From positions 32,001 to 96,000 of the forward strand of contig CAVPLU010000004.1 in the NCBI GenBank assembly GCA_963706285.1: a stretch of 64,000 bases of DNA. Reading direction: 5' to 3'. The DNA comes from Candidatus Bathyarchaeota archaeon. Lineage in GTDB: Archaea; Thermoproteota; Bathyarchaeia; 40CM-2-53-6. Below, piece by piece: positions 19,931 through 29,145 of this stretch. The notes under the pieces were generated by a model. That model was not told the DNA's origin. It worked only from the letters and a program-made list of their open reading frames with translations, and did no database searches. A program made the translations under genes and the position numbers. Numbering within the stretch: position 1 is the first letter of the stretch; every line of letters starts with the position of its first letter.

Positions 19931-20616
19931 GTCCCGCATTGCTGCTGACATTGTTCAAGCTCGCAGAACTCGGAGCCTTCTCCGGCGAGCTATCGATCAC
20001 CACCGCAGATCTTGCGAAGAGTCTTAGCATCTCCCAGCAGACTGCCTCGCGACATCTGATTGAACTTCAGACCCTTGGCCTGATCCGAAGAACTCGAAGT
20101 ACACGCAGGGAGGCGATCAGAATTACCGCGAAAGGTTCAGAAGAACTCAACAAAATGCACCTTAGGCTCAAAGCAATATTCGAATTGAAACCAAGAGAAG
20201 TAATGCTGGAAGGAATATTGTTCTCTGGAATAGGCGAAGGTGCTTGGTACGTCAGCCAGCCAGGATACCGTAAACAATTTGCGGAGAAACTGGGCTTCAA
20301 TCCTTTTCCAGGCACACTGAATCTACGCCTCAAACCTGAGTACGAAGACGAGAAAAGACTGCTCGAAACGATTCCACATGTCCAGATTGAAGGGTTTCGT
20401 GACGGCGAGAGAACATTCGGACCTGTAGTGTGTTACAAAGCCAAGATCAATGATGCGGAGGATGGAGCATTGATCTCCGCCGTCAGAACACACTACGCGG
20501 GTGACGTAGTCGAGGTAATTGCAGCGAGCAATCTGAGAGTGAAACTCGGACTAAGAGACGGTGATACAGTGAGGGCACGCATCATCAGCTCGGCTCTCGG
20601 AAAAATCTCTGTCTGA
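19912..20616 (+). CDS. ribK: CTP-dependent riboflavin kinase with N-terminal wHTH (RbkR-type)
   Basis: HTH SQQTASR; SGIGEGAWY, PFPGTLN and RTHY motifs. Confidence 0.92.
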   Translation: MVNQNVSPALLLTLFKLAELGAFSGELSITTADLAKSLSISQQTASRHLIELQTLGLIRRTRSTRREAIRITAKGSEELNKMHLRLKAIFELKPREVMLEGILFSGIGEGAWYVSQPGYRKQFAEKLGFNPFPGTLNLRLKPEYEDEKRLLETIPHVQIEGFRDGERTFGPVVCYKAKINDAEDGALISAVRTHYAGDVVEVIAASNLRVKLGLRDGDTVRARIISSALGKISV

Positions 20617-21232
20617 TCGCTGAAGAGCTCAGGTACTTCTCTTTATCAAACTTGGAAAGCCGCACCACTCGGATGCTGAGTTTCTTCCTCTCGACAAGCT
20701 GAGTGACCATCCGAGCGACCGAATCTTGATCATATCCAAGCGCAATTATGTTGGGCTTGACTTCATCAATTATCTGATCATAGCCCATACCAACATCCTC
20801 GTACCCAAGGATAGCTGCATCAACAGGTCTTAGCGACTCGACCAGCGCACGCCTATCTTCTTCCGGAAACACAGGTCTGCGACCCTTGAGTGTCTCAACT
20901 GTAACATCGGTTGCTACGACAACGACTAGAATATCTCCATACGTTTTCGCTTCGGCAAGAACGGCAAGATGGCCAAGATGGAGTATGTCATAGACGCCCC
21001 CTACGAGAACTATCCCTAGCTTCGATCTTCCCTTGCTAAGCAATGAATACTCGTCAGTGTTCTTGCATTCCAACATTCCAGATGACGTGAACTGTTTCAA
21101 GACGTCATCAGATTTGCTGGAATCCAGTCCTGTCCTATTCATCAGCTCAGCTTTGGTGAAGAATGGTCTTCGAAGTTGCAGAAGGTAGATGAATTTCAGC
21201 AGATCCTTTTCATCTTGCTTGCTCACGTCCAT
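20585..21232 (-). CDS. ribL: FAD synthase (cytidylyltransferase family) with N-terminal wHTH-like extension
   Basis: GGVYDILHLGH, ALGYDQ and SSSAIR motifs; convergent with ribK. Confidence 0.85.
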   Translation of the reverse strand: MDVSKQDEKDLLKFIYLLQLRRPFFTKAELMNRTGLDSSKSDDVLKQFTSSGMLECKNTDEYSLLSKGRSKLGIVLVGGVYDILHLGHLAVLAEAKTYGDILVVVVATDVTVETLKGRRPVFPEEDRRALVESLRPVDAAILGYEDVGMGYDQIIDEVKPNIIALGYDQDSVARMVTQLVERKKLSIRVVRLSKFDKEKYLSSSAIRQRFFREPS

Positions 21233-21309
21233 CTCGTCATTGCCTCCTAGCCCTCAAATGGTATGATCAACGGGATATTGTTTCTCAAGTAGCAAAGATG
21301 TGACTGGCT

Positions 21310-21564
21310 TCAATGAGTTGGGTCTTTCGCATCCGTTATGCCAATTATGCTCAGCGAGTCCAGAAGCCCTTCAGCGTAGGCAACTGACGCAAGAGCGGTT
21401 GTCGGCCTCCCTGTTTCAAGGAAGTACTTGGAATCAGCCACATATCTCTTGGCATAATCTATGACGCGAAGCGCATCCGGATTGTTGATAGTCTCGACCA
21501 GTTTGATGGATTTCTCAATGGCTGTCAGATAGACTCGTGTTCGTTCTTTGGGGTCTTCGCTCAT
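21310..21564 (-). CDS. DUF357 domain protein
   Basis: AKRYVADSKYF..ALASVAYAEGLLD; typical neighbour of dph5. Confidence 0.88.
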   Translation of the reverse strand: MSEDPKERTRVYLTAIEKSIKLVETINNPDALRVIDYAKRYVADSKYFLETGRPTTALASVAYAEGLLDSLSIIGITDAKDPTH

Positions 21565-22355
21565 CTGTGAGCCTCCAAGAGTTCTCGTGGAGCTCCGGCC
21601 AGCAATTGCAGTGCCTCCACCTCCACAAAATGCAGTTTGCTTGGTAGAATGATTGACCATGGAGGTTCACCAAAATCTGTTTTGACGAGATTTCCTGCTG
21701 TATCCGCTTTCACTACACAATCGGGCGCTTCCACACGCGCAAGTACTACCATGAGTGTCTCCTCCGTCACCAGGCCGGCTTTTTTGACGGATTCCAACTT
21801 GAGAAGGACTTGAATTGCTTCCGGAACTGTCAGTGCTCTTTGCTCGAGGTCCAAGAGAGCGAGTGTGTGTAGGCCTATTCTCTTGTTAGCGCTGATGAAG
21901 TCGTATACTGATTCCGGAAGGGGGTTAGTTGTAGGTGAGGGAATCGTGATGGTCCTGCCGAACTTGTAGACTTCTAGTCCTGCAACCCCAGCCGCCGCAG
22001 TGATTATTGAAGCTGAATGAATGATTGTTGTTGGAATCCCAAGTTGCTTCGCCGAGAGTAGAAGCCCAACATGCGTAGTTGCCGACATCGGGTCTCCCGG
22101 CGTAAGGAGAGCCACGCGTGCTTGCTTTGCATTTGACAGTATCGTGCTCTCAGCGTCTTCCTCTAGATCTTTCCTGGCAAGAATGTTGATTCTCTTTCCG
22201 AGAGTACGTTGTAGTCGATCCACTGAAAGCCCGGGCATGACGCTCGTGTAGAGTTCAAGGTAGATAGTATCCGAGTTCTTAGCGGATTCTAGGCCGCGTA
22301 ATGTTAGGCCGTTATCGTCGTGCAAACCCATTCCGATGAGTGATAATGCTCCCAT
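21561..22355 (-). CDS. dph5: Diphthine synthase
   Basis: ELYTS, GDPMSATTH, YKFGRTITI and GLHTLALLD motifs. Confidence 0.95.
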   Translation of the reverse strand: MGALSLIGMGLHDDNGLTLRGLESAKNSDTIYLELYTSVMPGLSVDRLQRTLGKRINILARKDLEEDAESTILSNAKQARVALLTPGDPMSATTHVGLLLSAKQLGIPTTIIHSASIITAAAGVAGLEVYKFGRTITIPSPTTNPLPESVYDFISANKRIGLHTLALLDLEQRALTVPEAIQVLLKLESVKKAGLVTEETLMVVLARVEAPDCVVKADTAGNLVKTDFGEPPWSIILPSKLHFVEVEALQLLAGAPRELLEAHR

Positions 22356-22415
22356 CTCATCTCAGGTGGAACTAGGCGTGGGATGGTATTATTCGTGACC
22401 GATGGATAGTGTCTG

Positions 22416-23501
22416 TTAGACCACTATTCTGCCGTTCTCTACTAGTGTTCTTCCGTCAAGTTCCACGGTGGCTTGGCTCAGGGTGCCTTGGAAGCCGTAG
22501 TCGCTGTCATTCTTTCCGCCCACTGAAAGGTTTGATCCTATCGCGATCGTAACGGCCCCTTTTGATAGGTTATCGTTGAGGAATCCGGTTCTCACTCGGG
22601 GATTCAGTCCAATTGTGATGCTGGAAATCTTGTCCTTGTCTCCGTGTCCTTTCTCGAATATGGGTTTGAATGCGTCTAGGTTCTTTTCTGCGTTGAAAGT
22701 CGTGACATGTCCGTTCTCGAACACCCATTGGAGGCCGTGGATCACTTTGCCGACCTGTTGTATTGGCAGATCGAAACTGATCTTCCCCGATGCGCTGTCT
22801 TCAACAATGGAAACAGTCACCGATCCGGTTGGGAGAGTTGTGAATAGTGCTCCACGCCTAATATCGTCTTCGTCAATGATTCCGTCGTTAATCTGAGCTT
22901 GTCGTCCAAGTATGGAGAACTTCAGATCTGTCCCTATCCTAGATCGAACTCGTACTTCTCTCGCTCGTTCTAGGTTTGAGGTCACACGCCTGCCCAGAAT
23001 GCTCATGTCATCGTACCGAATAGCCGTTGCAGAGTCCGTCATTCGTTTCCACCGCTGGAAGTTGATCCCATACGCGCGAGCTCTCTCAAGGGTCACCATT
23101 CCCTGTGACAAGTAAGCGCTTCGGATCTTCTTCTCGCGGCTCTTGTCCTCGTGCGCCTTTTCGCCCTCGAACAATGCCGCGAACTTCTCGGGTGGTATCT
23201 TTCGCATGCGTAATGGATTCGCTGGACCGCCGATGAAGATGTTCACGGTCGAGTACTCGGCCGTGCCTAGACAATGCTTCGATGTCACCTTCAGGTTCTC
23301 TTCGGACAGCGTCTCCAGCTGCGAATAATACGATCTGTCAGTGTCAAGTATGGCAATCGCATCGGCGCCAATTCTGTAACACTCCTCCAGTATCGCGTCA
23401 GACAGTTCAATGGTGTGCGCCCACGTGTTTACAGTCACAACATCATCCGGTCTTATTCGCAGACAATCACTCACAATTGCATGTGCGACTCGAACCGACA
23501 T
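22416..23501 (-). CDS. M29 (AmpS/AmpT) aminopeptidase-fold protein lacking metal ligands
   Basis: Overall M29 layout (GTDLKF, LPTG.V, FENGHV, IGLNP, VELDG..LVENG), but the ligand positions are substituted. Confidence 0.75.
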   Translation of the reverse strand: MSVRVAHAIVSDCLRIRPDDVVTVNTWAHTIELSDAILEECYRIGADAIAILDTDRSYYSQLETLSEENLKVTSKHCLGTAEYSTVNIFIGGPANPLRMRKIPPEKFAALFEGEKAHEDKSREKKIRSAYLSQGMVTLERARAYGINFQRWKRMTDSATAIRYDDMSILGRRVTSNLERAREVRVRSRIGTDLKFSILGRQAQINDGIIDEDDIRRGALFTTLPTGSVTVSIVEDSASGKISFDLPIQQVGKVIHGLQWVFENGHVTTFNAEKNLDAFKPIFEKGHGDKDKISSITIGLNPRVRTGFLNDNLSKGAVTIAIGSNLSVGGKNDSDYGFQGTLSQATVELDGRTLVENGRIVV

Positions 23502-23705
23502 TGATTATCTACTTGTACTAATACGGCGAAGTGCCTGATAAGACTTGAAGCATGGCGACCCTATGAGCACTAGTTTGTACGTTGGACTGGACAATTCGAG
23601 CGAGGTCGTCCGATCGAAGTTACAACGACAAGATTGGTGAGCATTAGGAATCGTTTCATCGGACGGATGGGCGAGAATGTGGTTCTAGGTCTTGTCTTGG
23701 TCTAC

Positions 23706-23719
23706 GAAAACTTAAGTAG
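23706..23719 (+). promoter_or_regulatory. Putative BRE/TATA for tRNA-Lys
   Basis: GAAAACTTAAGTAG lies about 30 nt upstream of the tRNA 5' end. Confidence 0.5.
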
Positions 23720-23745
23720 ACTTCCCAGTTATGTCCGAAAGCTCA

Positions 23746-23878
23746 GGGTCCGTAGCTCAGTCAGGCGTTCGATTCGTCCTCGAAAGGTAGAGCAGCGGTC
23801 TGCCAGGAGCAAGGCTGAAGCTCTTAACCGCTGAGAGACACCCGAAGGTCGAGGGTTCAATTCCCTCCGGACCCGCCA
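23746..23878 (+). tRNA. tRNA-Lys(CTT) with three introns (D-loop, anticodon stem, canonical 37/38)
   Basis: Acceptor GGGTCCG/CGGACCC-GCCA; D stem GCTC/GAGC; anticodon loop CTCTTA..A; T arm GAGGG-TTCAATT-CCCTC. 133 nt = ~77 nt mature plus inserts of ~22, ~21 and 13 nt. Confidence 0.85.
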
Positions 23879-23902
23879 AAGCAAGTTGAGCTAGCGCTGA
23901 GA

Positions 23903-25150
23903 ATGAAACTGCCCAGGAAAATATCATCGTTTGCCGAGGTTCCGCCCGGAGTAAGCAGGGTCGTCTTTGGGGCTGGTCCTCTAGCAGCGGGACTTGGATT
24001 CTACGAAGTTGCGATCGCTGTCTTTCTTCCCCTGGAAGGGGTCTCTATCACCAACGTTGGGGTTATCCTGACCACGTTCGGCCTAGCAGCTGTGGTCTGC
24101 AGCATTCCCTTTTCGATTCTCTCGGATCGGCACGGGCGAAAACTGATGATGCTCACTGGTGCTCTTCTCTCCATACCCGTAACCATGATCCCAGGATTGA
24201 CATCGGACTTCCTGATTCTCGAAATTTCAGCTCTAGTGGGCGGTGCGGCCGATGCCATGTATATCTCAACTTGGAACGCCTACCTCGCGGACGCTACGCC
24301 TGTCTCTGCAAGGCCTGCGACTTACAGTCTTTCATTCGTTGTTTTCACGATGGCCGCAGGCTTCGGCAGTTTTGTTCCAGCTGCTTTTCCCTTTTTGCCG
24401 CTGGATTTCTTTCAAGCTCATCGAATTGCCTTTATCGCATTAGGTCTACTAGGATTCTTGACCCCGCTTGCGGTATTGCGCTGGGCTACTGACATCAAAC
24501 CCGCACAATCTCGCCACGGAATACTGCCTCGCAAGTCTCTGGGAATTCTAGCGAAATTCTCGACCGCGAATTTCATGATCGCTCTCGGTGCAGGCTTCAT
24601 AATTCCTCTCATACCGACCTGGTTCTACCTTCGCTTCAGCGTTACCGACGCATTCTCGGGCCCTGTGGTTGCCTTTTCGAGCATACTCATGGGCCTCGCT
24701 GCCATTGCCTCGCCAGGAATAGCAAAGAGGATGGGCTTGGTAATCGGGATTGTGGCCACACAGCTCGCGTCAACTCTCTTCCTCGTACTTACACCGTGGA
24801 GTCCAACGCCGTTGATCGCAGCTTCAGTGTACGTCGTCCGTTCGATGCTCATGAATATGTCCAGCCCGCTCGCTGATTCACTTCTCATGAATTTGGTTGC
24901 GCAGGACGAACGAGCCACAGCGTCTGCGCTCAATGCAGTCGTCTGGAGACTCCCGAATGCTGCAAGCACTGTCTTTGGAGCAGCTGCTCTCAGCGCAGGA
25001 AACCTAAGCCTGCCCTTCTACCTCTGTGCAGTTCTGTACATTGTCTCGATTACTCTGTTCTACGTGCTATTCAGGAAAGTCGAGCCAAGGAATAGTGCAC
25101 CGACTCTGAAAACCAATTTGCAGAGGTCGGAAGTCAACCTGAAACCATAA
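23903..25150 (+). CDS. MFS transporter
   Basis: 12 TM pattern; motif A SILSDRHGRK. Confidence 0.9.
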   Translation: MKLPRKISSFAEVPPGVSRVVFGAGPLAAGLGFYEVAIAVFLPLEGVSITNVGVILTTFGLAAVVCSIPFSILSDRHGRKLMMLTGALLSIPVTMIPGLTSDFLILEISALVGGAADAMYISTWNAYLADATPVSARPATYSLSFVVFTMAAGFGSFVPAAFPFLPLDFFQAHRIAFIALGLLGFLTPLAVLRWATDIKPAQSRHGILPRKSLGILAKFSTANFMIALGAGFIIPLIPTWFYLRFSVTDAFSGPVVAFSSILMGLAAIASPGIAKRMGLVIGIVATQLASTLFLVLTPWSPTPLIAASVYVVRSMLMNMSSPLADSLLMNLVAQDERATASALNAVVWRLPNAASTVFGAAALSAGNLSLPFYLCAVLYIVSITLFYVLFRKVEPRNSAPTLKTNLQRSEVNLKP

Positions 25151-25433
25151 TGGCATATCTGCCTGGTTTCTTCGCGTCTTCTCGAATTTCTATTCTATCT
25201 CCTTTCTTGAGTCCCTTCCAGCGGATGAAGTAGTGTTCGTGAGGCGAGTCGGGCCCTTGACAAAAACATCGATAGGACTCTACTCTAGCTCTTTTCTGTT
25301 TGCCATCGTGAATCAGCTGAAACGTCTTTCCCAGCGGAGGGAAAAAGGAGAGCTTGCTCTTCAATACCAGAACATATCCTTCTGCTGCCTCTTCAGAAGA
25401 TATCTTCCTTGAATAAGCAGACTTTTCCTCCAA
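25134..25433 (-). CDS. Small hypothetical protein with a CxCxGPxxPHEH motif
   Basis: Plausible ORF with an upstream GGAGAG; Cys/His cluster RCFCQGPDSPHEHY. Confidence 0.65.
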   Translation of the reverse strand: MEEKSAYSRKISSEEAAEGYVLVLKSKLSFFPPLGKTFQLIHDGKQKRARVESYRCFCQGPDSPHEHYFIRWKGLKKGDRIEIREDAKKPGRYAIMVSG

Positions 25434-25565
25434 CGTAGTTGTCTCTCCAGCATTATCTTCCGAAGTGTCTGCAATAAGTCATAATGATTTGATTCCGGTT
25501 TTCAGCAAATCAGCGCTGATCGTCTTATATAACCGGGCCGCTGTGTCCATTCATGGTGTGCTGTA

Positions 25566-26246
25566 TTGGATCTAGCTAGTAATTTGAGTAATAGCTTCGA
25601 GTACGCCAAGAAACTGATGAGCGATTTTGGCAGACTATTGATCCTCATTGTATTGAATATAATACCAGTTGTTAACTGGATTGTCGTCGGTTATGCTGCA
25701 CGGGCGCTGAGAGAATCTCCAGGCGCAGATGCACCTCCGAAACTTGAGGACTATGGCAAATTGTTCGTTGAGGGAGCGAAGATCTTCTTCGCATCGCTAA
25801 TCTACATGATTATTCCGTTGATAATAATCGTAGCAGGGCTCGGGTCATTCTTCGCAAGCATGGTAATGGGAGGCGGCCCAACCTTCATCCCGGGCGGGTT
25901 TGAACCAAGTGCTATGGGCTTACTGAGCGGCACAGGAATCGCGCTTGTGGTTATTGGAGCGGTCATCGCGTTCGTCATGCTAATACTGCTAGCTGCTGGG
26001 ATAGCCCATATGATCAAGACTGACAAGTTCGTCAAGGCCTTTGCTTTCGGGGAAATCCTAGGCATAATCAAGAGGGTCGGATGGGGCAAGTACATTGCTT
26101 GGATCATACTGGTCGCAGTAATCGCCTTTATCGTCGGCGCAATAACCGGTGCAATACCATATGTCGGATGGCTCATCTCAGTGATTATCGGTCCTGGCGT
26201 GATAGTGTTCTTCTTCAGATCTCTAGGGCTACTCTATAGTGAGTGA
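25566..26246 (+). CDS. DUF4013 family membrane protein
   Basis: SFEYAKK, IIPVVNWIVVGY, PPKLEDYGKLFVEG and AFAFGEI segments. Confidence 0.85.
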   Translation: MDLASNLSNSFEYAKKLMSDFGRLLILIVLNIIPVVNWIVVGYAARALRESPGADAPPKLEDYGKLFVEGAKIFFASLIYMIIPLIIIVAGLGSFFASMVMGGGPTFIPGGFEPSAMGLLSGTGIALVVIGAVIAFVMLILLAAGIAHMIKTDKFVKAFAFGEILGIIKRVGWGKYIAWIILVAVIAFIVGAITGAIPYVGWLISVIIGPGVIVFFFRSLGLLYSE

Positions 26247-26428
26247 TCTAATCACCCACACAATCTCCTGCCTTTGTTCGGGGCCTCGATCCACAGGGCA
26301 CTTTACATGCGTAAAGGGTCCAAAGGCAGGATCTCCCTTTGCATACTGCGTAGACAAGATGCTGCTTGACATCAGAATACGAGTAGCCTTTAGACAAGGG
26401 AGCCACACCTTAGACAAGAGTGTCTTCA

Positions 26429-26866
26429 ATGGAATCGCGAAAAGAGCTAATCGAGCTCATACGCGAGCAGGCTGAGATTGAGAAGGTAAGCGTAGAAAAG
26501 CTCGCCGAGACGGAGCGGAAAGTAGGTACTGGTGCAGCAAGGCTCCTGCTCGTAGAGATGAGATGTGACTCGCAGAAACACGCAGCGATTCTGGAGGCAG
26601 TCCTTGAAACATTGAAAGGTGCTCCGCCGTCGAAATCGCTTTGGGAACAAGCTTTCAGCGGGTTCGCTGATCCAATAATAGTGAATCGAGAAATAGAGAA
26701 TCATAAGGCTATGAGCGGATCGATGGCGGCTCACATAGACAAGGAAATGAGCAAAACGGATGATGAAACAGTACGGACAGTACTCCGGCATCTTGCGGAA
26801 GACGAAAGACGACACAATGAGATCTTGGACACAATAGCGCAAAGAGCCTACAAGATGATCCGTTGA
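26429..26866 (+). CDS. Ferritin-like four-helix-bundle protein
   Basis: Paired DSQKHA and EDERRH (ExxH-type) motifs. Confidence 0.75.
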   Translation: MESRKELIELIREQAEIEKVSVEKLAETERKVGTGAARLLLVEMRCDSQKHAAILEAVLETLKGAPPSKSLWEQAFSGFADPIIVNREIENHKAMSGSMAAHIDKEMSKTDDETVRTVLRHLAEDERRHNEILDTIAQRAYKMIR

Positions 26867-26894
26867 ACCTCTTGGAAACCCACTAGTTGCACTG

Positions 26895-27254
26895 TCATCG
26901 ATCTAGTTTTGGCATTAGCCAGAACACGTTGCCGTCAGGATCCTTGAACATAGCGTAAGTCAAATCCTCATCCCAGTCAGATTTGCCTAGTTCGCGAGTG
27001 AACTGCACACCATTCTTCTTGAGCTCTTGGCATGTACCTTCAATGTCTCCGGCATGCAACGCGATTCCAGTGTTCCCTGGTTCAAGTGATTCGCCTGCGC
27101 ACAGATGGAGACCGAACGATGAGCCCCGTGGGGCAACTACAACCCAATGTTCTTGGTCGCTCTGCACCTCGAATCCAAGCTTGTCCCTGTACCATTCCTT
27201 GGCCTTTTTCTCATCCGAAACCATGACCGCCACGGTCCGAATCTCTTCAATCAT
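26895..27254 (-). CDS. VOC/glyoxalase family protein
   Basis: VSDEKKAKEWYRDKLGF and FKDPDGN motifs. Confidence 0.9.
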   Translation of the reverse strand: MIEEIRTVAVMVSDEKKAKEWYRDKLGFEVQSDQEHWVVVAPRGSSFGLHLCAGESLEPGNTGIALHAGDIEGTCQELKKNGVQFTRELGKSDWDEDLTYAMFKDPDGNVFWLMPKLDR

Positions 27255-27386
27255 CCAACGCCCAACCTCGCACTTAGTCTAGCGATCCGATCGATATTTA
27301 ACGTGGGCAGGCAGTCCAAAATAACATTGGTATAGACTGCCGATTGCGCACCCGAATATCGCAGTACTTCAGGAAGAGTGAGTTGC

Positions 27387-28077
27387 ATGCGTGTAGTTCT
27401 TTTTGACATCGACGGCACGCTCATACTGAAGCGTAGTACCGACGCGAACGAGAAGGAACGTTTCAGACGCGCGATCGCTGACGAGGTTGGGGTATCTCCC
27501 CCGACTGAGCCTTGGCAATATGACGGTATGGTAGATCCTCAAATCTGCAGACTCCTTCTGATCAAAGTTGGTCTGAGCCCGGAGCGATGCAGATAGACAT
27601 CTCCGAAAGGTGATCGAACGAGTCGGACAAATCTATGCGGCAATGGAGAAGCAACCAATACTGAGCGACGGCGTCGAGAAATTGCTTCCAATTCTGCATG
27701 CCTCAAAGCAGAAGCTCGGAGTTCTTACCGGTAACATTTCAGTTGTGGCCGAGGAGAAGCTTCGCATCACGGGAATTCGAGACTACTTCGAGGAGGCATT
27801 CTACAGCGACGGCTACTTTGACAGAGGAGATTTAGTGAGGAATGCGGTCAAGACTTGCGTTAGTAAGTATCAACTGCGCGATAATGGAGAAGTCACAGTC
27901 ATCGGCGATACGCCGCGTGATGTGGAAGCCGCGAAGCATAGCGGCGTGAGGGTTCTGGCCGTTGCGAGTGGATTCTTCTCCGAGAGCGAACTGGCAGCAG
28001 CTGGACCGAATGCTGTCTTCCGTGACTTGAATCCTCGTAGGGAGTTGCTTAGCGCTCTTGCAGTCGAAGTTGCCTAG
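27387..28077 (+). CDS. HAD-family hydrolase, frameshifted near 27590
   Basis: LFDIDGTL in ORF 27378; LTGN and IGDTPRD in ORF 27610. Confidence 0.85.
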
Positions 28078-28100
28078 TCTCTCGGGCTCCAGTCTGCTTT

Positions 28101-28994
28101 CTATCGTAGACTGTTCACAATCAGCTGGTTGAGTTTCGCCGCTTCTTTTCCTGTTGAATCTCTGCGAGCATTGAACACCATGATGGCTAGTCCGCATAGT
28201 CTTCCCGACTGGTTGACAACCTTCAGAGCGTTCGCGCATTCGGATAACCCAAGCCCGTCTGGCACGGGCATATGAATCGCTTCCATCTCTTTCGGATCCA
28301 AGACATCTATGTCGATGTGGACGTAGATTCTTTTTGAGGCTCGTAGCAGTTTCTCGGTTGCCTCCATCATAGCGTGCTCAGGCCCCAGCTCTCGGACTTT
28401 GTCCATCGTGTAGAGATTGACTTTAGATTTCTTCAGCATCTCTCGCTCGGGTGGGTCGAGGTCTCGAGCACCAAAGATCGCTATCTGTTCCTCTTGTAGC
28501 TGGGGTTTGTGGCCAAAGATATTCGTCAGCAGGTCGGGCCCACGCCCTGCGAGTACCGCCACATCCATTCCTCCGACAAGTCCGGAAGGTGTAGTTTCAG
28601 GGGTGTTGAAATCGCCATGGGCGTCAAGGTAGATCAGCCCGATTGATTCACCGAGTCCCTGCTGTAGTCCTTCCACGATGCCCATGATGATGCTGTCCTC
28701 TGAGCCGAGTATGAGAGGGAAGTATCCTTCCTCGCATGCGCTTCTCACTCGGGGAGCTATGGCTCTGCAAACCGCTACAACTTGGTGAGGGTTGAGAAGC
28801 CTCGGATCAGTATCATCTCGCGGGGGCAGATTCGCTTTCACATCGCCCAGATCCGCAACGGTCTCGGCAACTTGGCTTAGTTGTTTGACTAATCCTGCCT
28901 TGCGAAGTGCTGCAGGTCCTTCATCTATTCCCTCACCTTTCCAGCCCACGGTGTAGGGAATCCCGATTACACCGATCGATTTGAGCTTCGCCAA
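28101..28994 (-). CDS. Ureohydrolase (arginase family) protein with an atypical active site
   Basis: GPAALR, DAHGDFNTPETTPSG, GARDLD and HIDIDVLD motifs. Confidence 0.88.
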   Translation of the reverse strand: MAKLKSIGVIGIPYTVGWKGEGIDEGPAALRKAGLVKQLSQVAETVADLGDVKANLPPRDDTDPRLLNPHQVVAVCRAIAPRVRSACEEGYFPLILGSEDSIIMGIVEGLQQGLGESIGLIYLDAHGDFNTPETTPSGLVGGMDVAVLAGRGPDLLTNIFGHKPQLQEEQIAIFGARDLDPPEREMLKKSKVNLYTMDKVRELGPEHAMMEATEKLLRASKRIYVHIDIDVLDPKEMEAIHMPVPDGLGLSECANALKVVNQSGRLCGLAIMVFNARRDSTGKEAAKLNQLIVNSLR

Positions 28995-29145
28995 GTCTAG
29001 GAACTCCAGGCATGATGAGTGGCGCGAGTTCCTTCAAAGCTTAATGGCTCGGTTAGCCTACGAGTCGATTCGGGTTGCGACCTCGGGCACTGAAGCTTTG
29101 CCTCAGCAGCGAGGGGAAGGGTCGAATGCAAATGGTCACAAGGAG

